DNA of 64,000 nucleotides from Chiloscyllium plagiosum (Eukaryota): contig NC_057753.1 in assembly GCF_004010195.1 (NCBI RefSeq), forward strand, positions 8,341,309-8,405,308, written 5' to 3'. A model generated the notes under the pieces. That model ran no database searches. It saw only the letters and a list, made by a program, of their open reading frames with translations, and was not told the origin of the DNA. The position numbers and the translations under genes are program-made. This document shows, piece after piece, positions 39,226 to 50,127 of this stretch (position 1 is the stretch's first letter; every line of letters starts with the position of its first letter).

Positions 39226-40530
39226 AGTGGGATCAGTGGTGAGCTGGTAAGGTAGATCCAGAATTGGCTGTTTTCATAGAAGCCAGCGTAGTGGTTGAAG
39301 TGTGGTTTTCTGACTGGAGATCTGTGATCGGTGCTGTGCCTCAGAGATCAATGCTGGTGCCGCAATTGTTTGTAAAATATATAAATGATCTGCAGGATAT
39401 CCTGATACGCAATTTTCTGGGCAATGAACATTTTGGTGAGCTGCGCACAGTGAGGACGATTGCCAAAGGATCCAGCATGACTTAAATCGAATGGAGAGTT
39501 TTATAGAGAAAACGCAGATGTATTTAACCTGGATAATTGAGAGGCGAGGCATCTTTGGATTGCCTAGTGCAGGAGATAAGTATGCAGTAAGTGGCAGAAG
39601 TATCAATAGCATCATTATCAGGAGGGATCTAGTTTTATAGGTTCCCTAAAATTGGCAATAAAAGTGGATAAGGTGATCAAGATGACGTACAGCATGTTTG
39701 TTTTCATCGATCGGGGCAGAGAGTTTTAAACTGGTAAGTCATGTTGCAGCTGCACAGAATTTTAATTCGGGCAGATTTGGAATATTTTGCACAGCACTAT
39801 TTTCCACACCACCGAGAACGACGTGGAGGCTTTGAAGACGGTATGGAAAACCGTTTATTCGGATGTTACCTGATTTGGAGCGTTTTAACTACGAGGACAG
39901 TTTTGGAGAAACTTGACTTATTTTTACTTGAAAGTGAATTGCCGAGAGGCTACCTGATTGCGCTTTTTAAAATGGTAAGAGACATAGAAATAATAGATAG
40001 AGGAGTCATTTTTTCCCCAGAAAAGAAATATCAACTACAAGGGAGCATAGTTGCAATTTCAAAGAGGAAAGGTTTAAAGGAAATGTGAGACACAAGTTTT
40101 ATTTTGCACAGCACGTGTAAGTGCCTAGGAAATGGAAACGTGCGTAAAGATGATAGAATGACAACGTTTATCAGACATCTTGATAAATAGCTGAGTAACG
40201 GTTCAGCAGCTGATTGTTGGGAAGCCCCCTTTCCACCTTTACTATTTCCGTCCTATCATAGGATGATTCCTTCTACAATGAGGGAAGTGACAAGAGTTAT
40301 AAAGGGAAATAGAAGTGGTTTGCACTTCTGTTCATGCTGCTACAGCTGTGGTAAGGTGGAGACTTGTCTTGAGCGAGTGAGCATGCACTGCAGAGGCCAC
40401 ACGGAGATGGCAAGAATGGCAGAGAACAGGTAGGAATAGGCAGGGAATAGACCATTCGAGACCGCGGAGAGAATTTTTTTTACTTTAGAAAGGAGTCGTG
40501 TGTTGGCATTGGTTTGGAGGACCGGGTCCT
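39226..40530 (+). mobile_element. Older CR1 3' fragment; its 3' end is interrupted by a 238-bp insertion
   Basis: WRSVIGAVPQRSML..YINDL; LQLHRIL..LEY; UTR resumes AATAGGCAGGGAATAG at about 40435. Confidence 0.8.
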
Positions 40531-41526
40531 ACACTTTTTTTATAAATTTCTTTGCGACAAAATTATAGCATTGGAGTGGCTAATGCTGATTAGGTGATTA
40601 TTGATTATCAACAGCCATGTCAATGTAGATCGTTTCTCATCAGCTGACACCCTCATAATCCTGCTTCACACTAGAAGAAAAAATGACAATGAGAATTTGG
40701 AAGACAGAGCAGGTAAGTAGTTTCTTCTTGCTCCTGCGGCTTCTATCTTAGATGCCAACGTATCGGGGAATGTTTCATTGGCATAAGCTGAATGCACTCC
40801 ACAGTCACAAATGCCGGCATCTGTCACATGCCAGCCTCACCATGCTATCACAGGATATCACCATTCTACTGACATTACGCTTCTGAAATTGAATGCTGCA
40901 GCTCAGGGTTCACTGAAAACTCTCATTATGTTGCTGCTGCAAGGATACCTTCCTCTGGGAGGCAGAGCCAGCTTACAGACTGCACCTCTTGGCGGCTTAC
41001 TGTGTTTGTACACACTCACATTAAGGTTACTTCAATGCTCAATAAATTGTTTCCTTGATTTATCCTGCCCTTAACAGTAATTTACTTCAGCCAGAGGGAA
41101 CAAGCTTACACATTTGGTATTTTCCCATTGTTTTGCACAGACAGAAAACCAGGAAGATGATATCACTTTCCACAGTGAATCGAGGTGCCCAGCATTGTTG
41201 GGTTCAGGACAGTATGGAATACCGTTCCAGGGAACTTGGACAGGTTCATTCAGCTTCTCATGTTTATTAGGGTCAGGATCCTTTCAACGTAACGGTTCAG
41301 CAGCTGATTGTTGGGAAGCCCCCTCTCCACCTTTACTATTTCCGTCCTATCATAGGATGATTCCTTCTACAATGAGGGAAGTGACAAGAGTTATAAAGGG
41401 AAATAGAAGTGGTTAGCACTTCTGTTCATGTTGGTACTGCTGTGGTAAGGTGGAGACTTGTCTTGAGCGAGTGAGCATGCAGTGCAGAGGCCACACGGAG
41501 ATGGCGAGAATGGCAGAGAACAGGTA
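40195..41526 (+). repeat. 238-bp direct repeat pair (40195-40432 and 41289-41526), about 7 mismatches
   Basis: Direct comparison, from GTAACGGTTCAGCAGC to GGCAGAGAACAGGTA. Confidence 0.95.
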
Positions 41527-41652
41527 CGGGGCAGAAAGGATGAGAGGAGATGTTGCATTCAACAGTGAGTGTGGGAGATCAAGAGACTTTATGCAAGATG
41601 GGTATAGTAGCATATGTAAAGGAAGTGCGAGGTCACAAGGTGCAGGTGATAG
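41220..41652 (-). mobile_element. Harbinger Myb/SANT-like ORF remnant (intron plus exon 2), cut off by the ERV
   Basis: Minus: TTGTAG|KESSYDRTEIVKVERGLPNNQLLNRYVERILTL; intron CCACACTCACTGTTGAATGCAACA resembles CCACACTCACTATTGCGTGCAACA at about 9113. Confidence 0.55.
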
Positions 41653-42251
41653 TATTAACTCAGAAATCCTTGGAGCACACATACATTAAAAAGCAGAACA
41701 CACTTTATTATAATTAAGCTGGAGAGAAATCGATAGTCAATAATCGAGAATATCAACCATTGATATCCCTGCACATGCTAATAAAAGATCTCTTAATCTC
41801 TGGAAAGAGGCAGCATGATTTGTACCCTTAATGTGCTTTAATATCTCACTTTTCTCTAATTCCCACCAGATACATTTCTTGTGTTAATTAGGTACCCATT
41901 AGATAATTAACACATTTCGTATTGTTAAAAAAAAAACCTACTGAAATGGTTTCATTTGTGTCACCGCACGCGAACCAGATAATTCATACGTTTAGTATAG
42001 TTTCACATAGGTTAGCAAAGCCATTAATGTGGTGTCTTTTACGTCAACATAGATAATACCTCAGTTAAAATCAGTATTCTAGACAAAATGTTACAGAAAA
42101 TGGGAAAGAAACAAATCTGCCAAGATGTGTGCATTTCTTATTCCATTTTCATGGAAACCAGGCTTAGCCATTTTTAAAGTCAAGTTATTATTCCAAACTG
42201 GAGACTTGCAAAATAGAGGACTTTAGCTACTCTTTCTCCGATACTTTAACA
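41653..42251 (-). repeat. ERV 3' LTR (about 600 bp)
   Basis: Starts TGTTAA right after the PPT and ends GTTAATA; AATAAA at 41704-41709 (minus); homologous to 49558-49760. Confidence 0.85.
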
Positions 42252-42263
42252 TTCCCCCTTTTT
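42252..42263 (-). other. Polypurine tract
   Basis: AAAAAGGGGGAA immediately before the TG of the 3' LTR. Confidence 0.85.
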
Positions 42264-42274
42264 AAACATTTCAT

Positions 42275-43556
42275 GGTCAATCTGGCCATTCATACACGTT
42301 TCAACGAATGCAATTTGATATCAGAGACGATCAGCACTTGAACACGAAAATGCAGATAATTACAGGGAGAACGATAGTGCCAAAATAAAATAGAATGCTC
42401 CTCATACTCCCAAAGAAAGCCTGAAATGGCCACCATTCATTGAGACTACCCATACTACCATAACACATGGTATTTAGCTTTGGACTTCCGGGGTAATGTG
42501 CCTTCAGAGATCACTAATGTGGAGGTTCGGCCAGATGTGTTGGTACGGCATTTCTTTCCTACAGTGGCACAGGTTCCAGCCTTCTTATGCAATTAAAGTC
42601 CAAGATCAAACGACTTTGCAAGGCTACTGTCCTGATTGCGACAATTTCTGCATTGATATTCACCAGGATATTTGTTGTGTTGTTCGCGAAAATTTCCAGT
42701 ATTTTCCTCAATTTGCTTAAATCAGAGCCCTGTAAATAGAACCAAAAGGAAGAGAAGCCATTCCAATAATTGGGAATAGAGCAGAGAGATACCTCTTCCT
42801 GCTCAAGGGTGAAGGCAATCTATCGAAGATCTGCTTAAGAGGAGCAAAATGCCCCATATAACATGATCCTCACCAGTCTGAAGGGACCCATTGATAGGCC
42901 TTGAGTCCGCTAACAAAATAAGTGCCATTATAGGCAGTTAAGTTAGAATATCCATCTTTCCATTCGCCCTTCCAAAGCATTCCTGATGTTATGTTAAGGA
43001 TGCAGGACCGATCAAACAAAAAAACAACAAATTTAGTCAAAATTAAATTATGTTCAATCCATGGGATAGTGAATGAGCAATGACTGGTCCCCAAATATAT
43101 GCCAGTGGAGAAGTTCCCACTTTTAATACACGCAAATAGTGTCATTAATATTATTATTATGAACTAACAGGAAAGGGGGCATATGGGATCTGTCATAATC
43201 ACGTGGGTACCAATGTCTGAAAAAGTTCATTCCATACCCTGCTGACTGCCTTAATTTTATTTGAATCATCAGAAGAGTCCCAGTGTGTTAGCTATTTAGC
43301 CACCTTGGGCCAGCTAAAGAAAACTGCCCATAGAGTGATACTCCCCTGGGAAAAGGGCGACACATGAGCACATGTCCAACAACCAAGTTTCTTTTCCCAT
43401 CTCTTGGTCACTTCGAGTAGCCAAATACAAAAAGGCACTGTGATATATAGATTGTCTTGGTCGCACTACCGGGAACAACGCAATATTAACATGAAAGTCT
43501 CTTTCCCCCAAGGTAAATCGACTCAGATTTATCAAAATCACCAGTATCCAATGCAT
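42275..43556 (-). pseudogene. env: ERV envelope, gamma-type, frameshifted
   Basis: Signal-like MHWILVILINL; CWTC 43370-43381; GTYFVSG..AY.W.P..W.GSCY; SRKR 42792-42803; ISD-like LQSRLILD; CATVGKKCR (CX6CC remnant); hydrophobic anchor. Confidence 0.88.
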
Positions 43557-43599
43557 CTTTCTCAGTCCTTATCTATTCCTTCACTGACTCATTTACAGT

Positions 43600-46500
43600 C
43601 CGTTCTATGAATTCAGCGGTGTTGTCCTTGCACCTTCACAGTCGTGGGGGTGGTCAGCAGCACCTGAAACGGTCGTTCTACCTTGGCCGCAAGATCCCCC
43701 GGTCCCAGTTCTTAACCTGTAGAAAACCGCCAGGTTCTACAGTAGGGTAGTTCCTCCAGGCGAATTGTCATCTACTCGGAAGGCTTTACATACCCGTGAA
43801 GGTAAATTTTGAAGAGCTCAGGTTAATTTACACAGTTATATTCCCATTTCCTATCCCAGAATGTGCCTTTCCAATCTTTCAGGAACATGGGGCCGGGCTA
43901 CCCCAGATGCCCACAGAGTCCGCATTGGTTTCCGAAAAACAATCTCGGTGGGGAATACTCCTGATTTATTTGAGGGTGTAACTCTCATATGAAATAGTGA
44001 CAAAAGCAGGGCCTTTAACCAGTTCAGTCCTGTTGCTTGCATCTACTTTGGGCAACTTATTCTTTGCTGTACCATTTACTCGCTCCACTATCCCAGTTGC
44101 TCCTGGATGGTGAGTACAATGTTGTTTTATGTCCAGTTCATTGCAGATCTGCTTGTTCATCTTAGCTGCAAAGTGTGGACCATTGTCCAAATCTATCATT
44201 TCAGGAAGTCTGTAACGGGGAACCGTTTCCCTCAGTAATATTTTTACCATAGTTGCAGCAGTATCATTAGTCATGGGGATGGCTTCGATATATCTCCTAA
44301 AAACATCGACTATAACTAAACAATACTTTTAGCATTGTACTTTAGGAAATTCTATTAAATCAATCTGTAGACACACAAAAGGCCCACCAGGCAAGGGGGT
44401 GGTTCCAGAGCTGCAGGGCATCCCTTGACCAGCATTCATCTTTTTATAAATTAAGCATGCATTAGCTCTTTTCTCAGCAGCCTTCTGTAAATCTAAGTAC
44501 CACCAGGGTTGTAGTAAGATGTTAACCATTCCCTCCTTGCCCAAGTGTGTACAATTATAAACATAATCAATGAGAATAGGTAGGAGCAACGATGGAACAC
44601 AAACTTGTCCTGCAGGGGACACCCACAGTCTAGTTAAAGTGTCAAAGAGCAGCCCGACTGAGTCCAAGGATTTTGGTCATCAGCAGGGGCGACCCCCTGT
44701 AATTGTTGAATTTCATCCATATCTAGCATACCCGTCCTTACACAATATCTAATAATGCATTGAAGGGAACCAAAGGGGACCAAAAGCGCAGGGTGTAAGG
44801 CAGCCTCTTTAGCAGCAGCGTCCACCCGTTCGTTGACTATGGAGACAGGATCAGCAGCACCAGTGTGAGCTGGACATTTACTAACAGCTAATCTAGAAGG
44901 AAATTGCAGAGCCTTTAAAAGTTTATGAACAAAGACAGCATTACTAACAGGCTGTCCCGTGGAAGTAAAAAAGCCCTTGCTTTCCCACAAAGCACCATAA
45001 TCATCGGCCACAACAAAAGCATAACGGGAGTCAATACAAAAAATATTAACCTCTTTCCGCCACGCCAGCATGTAGGCACGAGAAGGGAGGATAATTTAGC
45101 TCTTTATGTAGAAGTAGGTGTATCAAAGCAGCCTGGTGTAAATGTCTCTAATGTCAGAATTAGAGGCAACCACATATCGACAACAATGCTGTCCTGAAGG
45201 ACCGATAAAGAAACTACCGTTAACAAAAGGTTTAAATCAGCATCCAGAAGCAGCATATCAGACACATCATCGCGTGCCGAGGTGCATAAGTGGTTTCACA
45301 ACAAACAATCATGACCAGGGAGGGAGATGTGACGAGGTGGATCAGTCAAAATGTAGCAGGATTCAGAGTAATGCAGTGCGAGAAGTTAAGTAGTGGATTA
45401 CTGAGAAGGGCAGACTCGGAGCTATTTTGCAGAGCAAAAGTCAAATGCTGGGTTTGATGAGAAGTGAGGAGTTCAACAATGGAATGTGGAACGAAAACTG
45501 TAACTGGCTGATGGAAGGTAAAATTTGAGGCAGAAACGAGGACGTAAACGACTGGAAGAACCTGCGAGATGGGGAAGCCCAGCGCCGCTGAATCTAGTTT
45601 GGTAGAGTAATAACCGACCTGGCTCTTTTTATCCTGATGAGTTTGAGTTAAAACAGCAGTAGCACAACATTCCCAAACGGCAACATACAATTGGAAGGGA
45701 CGATCATAGAGGAGTCAAGCGGGTATGAACTGCAATGGTTGATATCCATTGTCTCCAAAAATTCAGAAGTCCGAGAAAAGCACACATCTCTTTAAAGGTT
45801 GTCAATGGCGGAGTATTAGCAATAGGGCGTAAATGAGCCTCAGTGAGTTTTCATTCTTCCTTCAAAAGCCGAATGCCGAAACATTTAATCTCATCGCGGT
45901 AGCTTGAACCTTGTGGGCCGTGATGACATATCCAAGAGAGTGTAAGAAGTTCAGTAAGACTACGGTGTCAATTTCACAGTCAGGAAGGCTGCAACTAACA
46001 ACAGTAAATGATGGATGTATTGATCGACAGTAGACCCCTTAGGTAGTTCCAAGGACCGAAGTTGATTATGGGGGGTATGTGAAAATAAAGTAGGTGAGTG
46101 GACAAAAGCCTGTGGAAATCGTTTCCACGTTTACTGCTGTCCTCGGTACACAAAGGCAAACAAAAACGAAGATTCAGGGTGGAAAGGAATGACGAAAGAA
46201 GCATGCTGTATATCAATGATAGTAAAAAAAAACACAGGCCTTGGCGGGTATGCAGCTTAAAACAGTAGCAGAGTTTGGAATCAGAGGGTGGAGGGATGCA
46301 ACAAGGTCGTTCATCTCCCTCTGACCTTCCACAATTTGCCTATCTTTCGTCCCGGTTTGGGAACAGGAGAAATAGGGGTGTCACAAGGAGACTTGCATGG
46401 AATAAGAGTTCCTTGTGCTAACAAAAAGTGTCGGTAAGACCACGGAGGATTTCTTCCTCCGCTTCATTGTTCAAGGGAAAAATCTGATTGTCTTGAAATT

Positions 46501-47442
46501 TAATGAGAATAGGAGGGCAGGGGGGAAAACCACCTTCGTGACTGGAGGCAGCCCATACCTGGAGCTTAATTTATTTACAGGGATCAATCCTGGAAGTATG
46601 GTGAATCAATGTACCAAACATCTAACGTGGCTGCTTAAAATATGTCAAATGCCCCTCAGAGAATGTATGCCAACTCCCCGCCTCCCCGGTCCCCCACCGC
46701 ACGTGTTCAACGCGGGATGAGTCAAAGAATAGGCCAGAAGTCCCAAGACTTAAGGTGTGAATCGGAATGTATGATCCGAGTAACATGTTGGACAAACAAC
46801 CCTGTCTGACGCCACAGAGAGACCGGGATTGCGCGACGTAGGTAAGCCTTCCTTACCTTCTATATCTCCAGTAATAGAAACGGGGAATTCTATGGCCATG
46901 AATGGCACGTATAACTGTCTATCATGAGAAGAGCACCCGGAAGTATCGTAGCAAACAATCACTTACTGGAAGGGGTCAGGAATGAGGGCTCAAAGGCTGA
47001 AACGTCAATGCTCACTCCCACCATTGGGGTATGAAAAACTGTGTGTACTATGTTTGACTGAGTATTCCTAAAGCAGTAGCTTCGTCAGCACAGATGATCC
47101 CAACTCGTAGTGGTGATGCAGGTGTCTCCCAGTCAAATTACATCCGAGCCCAATGGAAACAGTAAAAGGAATACAACAGAACAGACCACAATATTCAACC
47201 AGTAACGGGATAGTCAGGGGATACAAACTGCTCAACACCCCAAAACCAGTAAGTGGCACCGACTTGTCAGACATATGAAATCTCCTATCCATTACAACAT
47301 CCTGATTGAGGGTGGAAAACATTGCCCCCGATTCAATCATAAATGGATGAGGTACGTAATCCACAACTACATTAACGTTGTGTTCTTGATGAAGAGATAG
47401 TGGAACATACTGACAACAGGAAAGTTCTGATAAAGGAATCAA
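43600..47442 (-). pseudogene. pol: ERV pro-pol: protease, 2H-like insert, RT, tether, RNase H, integrase
   Basis: FMIESGA and NLTGRHL (PR); SPCDTPI.PV.KP and QYIHHLL (YxDD decayed, 46008-46019); IDSRYAF and KCPAH (RH); HLG, LQIDLI, DNGPHF, GIVERVN, PFQVLLTTPT (IN). Confidence 0.92.
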
Positions 47443-48088
47443 ACGAAAGGGCTGTTAGCAGTGAAAAATGCTTGGGGCGGGCCCGAAGGAGATAGAGTTG
47501 TCTCTTAACTAAATAGACGTTGGGATTTCAACTGCCTTTATATTCTACACAGGTAAAACACGGGCCAGAATGCGTAGATGGACGTGAAGGTGACTTAAGG
47601 GTATAATGACAATGAAACTCCCTTGCCCCAAATGGTTGAAAAGAGACTCCTTGTCCATAAAAAACAGATCCCTCTGGCAAGGGTCAATGGGAGGAGGTTG
47701 CTGGGTGGGCACTTGAGGAAAGTAAGGCCCTCCTCTAGCATGATGGTCCCAATTATTCCGTGAGAATAGGCACACGGGGAGCATGGTTCGCAAAGTCGTT
47801 AAACGAATTCAGTCTTCACCTGAAGTTGAGTCTTCAGTTTGCGTTTGTTTTGGCCATCCCAATTCATATTATTGGTGCGAATTATATCAGCAACATCGGG
47901 GGTACACATTGCAAAGTCATAGAGTTGAATAAAGATGAGTTATCCTCGCGATTGAAAGCTGGTATAATAACAGGAAGCAAAGTGATACACAAAGTCACTG
48001 CCTGACGACTCAGATTTAGGTTTGCATTCCAGAACTTTACCAATATTTATTGAGTGCTGAAGAGAACGCTCTAGGGACTGAATGATTC

Positions 48089-48588
48089 NNNNNNNNNNNN
48101 NNNNNNNNNNNNNNNNNNNNNNNNNNNNNNNNNNNNNNNNNNNNNNNNNNNNNNNNNNNNNNNNNNNNNNNNNNNNNNNNNNNNNNNNNNNNNNNNNNNN
48201 NNNNNNNNNNNNNNNNNNNNNNNNNNNNNNNNNNNNNNNNNNNNNNNNNNNNNNNNNNNNNNNNNNNNNNNNNNNNNNNNNNNNNNNNNNNNNNNNNNNN
48301 NNNNNNNNNNNNNNNNNNNNNNNNNNNNNNNNNNNNNNNNNNNNNNNNNNNNNNNNNNNNNNNNNNNNNNNNNNNNNNNNNNNNNNNNNNNNNNNNNNNN
48401 NNNNNNNNNNNNNNNNNNNNNNNNNNNNNNNNNNNNNNNNNNNNNNNNNNNNNNNNNNNNNNNNNNNNNNNNNNNNNNNNNNNNNNNNNNNNNNNNNNNN
48501 NNNNNNNNNNNNNNNNNNNNNNNNNNNNNNNNNNNNNNNNNNNNNNNNNNNNNNNNNNNNNNNNNNNNNNNNNNNNNNNNNNNNNNNN
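48089..48588. other. Assembly gap (500 N)
   Basis: Run of N. Confidence 1.
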
Positions 48589-48617
48589 CTGTATTCTTCT
48601 ATGTTCTATGTTCTATG
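48589..48617 (+). mobile_element. CR1 3' tail emerging from the gap (insertion in gag)
   Basis: CTGTATTCTTCTATGTTCTATGTTCTATG. Confidence 0.85.
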
Positions 48618-49536
48618 AGAGTGTTTGATGGCCGAATGTCGATTATGCACTCTCTCACCTCATCAGAGGCATAGGGGTGAGGCTCATTGTTGACGGGTGT
48701 GGAAATATCAGCAGAAAGAGGATGGAGCTTCATATGCAGAGTTGGGTAGAGGGTCTTATTTTCATCGCTATTGGAATTATCAATGTTGTCAAAAGGTTTC
48801 TGTATGCTAGACTTGGACCCAGGATTCCGAGAAGCATTAAAATAATTTTTACAGCACTGTAATTCTAAGCCTTCCTACCTAGCTCTCACAGCCCAGAATC
48901 CATCCATTGTTTATAACGTTCCTTTTTTTCCTCCCGTCAATCCAATGACAAACAACCGTGAAAACCTGCCAAGATTTGGTATTACCATCAGCGATACATA
49001 ACTCCATCCTACTCTCGGGTGCATTATTCCTCCAACTAGCCACGGAAGTATTATTCAATTAAATGCAGCCTGATGTCTCCATTCTTTAATAAAAATATTC
49101 CATTTATGACCACAATTTATCTTCCAAATTAGTTTGAATGCTGGTTCACATATGCCAAGATCCCAGGTCCCAGGCAGGGCCAAATTTTGTCATCAAATCG
49201 TTTAGGAATGTAGCATTTAATTTTAGTAAAGAGTCTTCCTGATGAGTCAGTTTCTCGCACATGGTCTGAAAGACTGTACCAGTCCTACAGCATCTAAAGA
49301 CTGACCCAGAGTTAAACGAAACAATAGAAGTGAAAAGAAAAACACAAAGGCCTTATCAAAAAGAAAGAAAAGGAAAATTAAAACAGCAGCATCAAACAAA
49401 AAGACTTAAAGTTCCATCGGCAATATTAAACAAAAAGTTCTCAAGTTTAAAATATAATGTCACAAATTTCAACCAGCTATTTTAACCAAACTTTCGACCA
49501 CTTACTAAGCCTGGAGAAACGTTCCTGATATTACGA

Positions 49537-49554
49537 GAAAGAGTCACAGAACCA
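49537..49554 (-). other. Primer binding site, tRNA-His-like
   Basis: TGGTTCTGTGACTCTTTC, 3 nt after the LTR end; 12 of the first 14 nt match the tRNA-His PBS TGGTGCCGTGACTCGGAT. Confidence 0.7.
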
Positions 49555-49557
49555 AAA

Positions 49558-50115
49558 TGTTAACTCGAAAATGTTGGAATCACATGTAAATTGGAAGGAA
49601 AAACACACTTTACAGTAATTAAGCTGGTGAGAGATCAATAGTCAACAATCCAGAGTATGAATCATAGATATTCCTAAATATGCGAATAAAACTTCTCTAA
49701 TACTTAGTAAAGAGGCAGCAAAATGTATACCCTTAATATCTAATTTTTCTCTAATTCTTATTAGATTAGATTCCCTACAGTGTGGAAACAGGCTCTTCGG
49801 CCCAACAAGTGCACACCGACAATCCAAAGAGCAGCCCACCCAGACCCATTCCCCAACATTTACCCCTGACTAATGCACCTAACACCACGGGCAATTTAAC
49901 ATGGCCAATTAACCTGACCTGCACATCTTTGTACTGTGGGAGGAAACCCAAGCAGAAACAGGGAGAATGCGCAAACTCCACACAGACAGTTGCCCGAGGT
50001 GGGAATTGAACCCATGTCCGTGGCGCTGTGAGGCAGCAGCGCTAACCACTGAGCCACCGTGCCGCCCCGTATAACACAGTTTTTTTTGTATGAATTAGGT
50101 TTCCAATAGAACAAA
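49558..50115 (-). repeat. ERV 5' LTR, partial (SINE inserted; the rest is lost at the CR1)
   Basis: 49558-49760 and 50069-50115 align to 41653-41905. Confidence 0.85.
49761..50068 (-). mobile_element. HE1-type V-SINE, full length
   Basis: Minus: GGCGGCACGGTGGCTCAGTGGTTAGC..GGGTTCAATTCC..V-domain..(AATCT)n. Confidence 0.95.
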
Positions 50116-50127
50116 GGACAAATAACA

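Larger units (their letters stand above)
47443..49309 (-). pseudogene. gag: ERV gag remnant, interrupted by a CR1 tail and an assembly gap
   Basis: (L)GQSLD at 49309 (myristoylation-type start, CTG in place of ATG); INIGKVLECKPK..SDFVYHF (MHR-like); GPCFTC knuckle remnant. Confidence 0.7.
41653..50115 (-). mobile_element. Endogenous retrovirus (epsilon-like pol, gamma-type env), decayed provirus
   Basis: LTR-PBS-gag-pro-RT-RH-IN-env-PPT-LTR in the correct order on the minus strand. Confidence 0.93.

Noticed and set aside
40195..41526. 238-bp repeats as LTRs of a small retroelement
   Set aside because: No TG..CA termini, PBS, PPT or TSD; one copy interrupts a CR1 and the other is continuous with its flanks
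46978..47010. Hammerhead-like GAATGAGGGCTCAAAGGCTGAAACGTC inside ERV pol
   Set aside because: No CUGA core and weak stem II; likely chance, though a tiny decayed Penelope piece is not excluded
48082..48618. 178-aa ORF in the track
   Set aside because: Artefact of the N gap
49960..50068. tRNA genes suggested by A/B boxes (also near 11550, 29885 and 55000)
   Set aside because: They are SINE or retroelement heads continuing into element bodies, not free-standing tRNA genes
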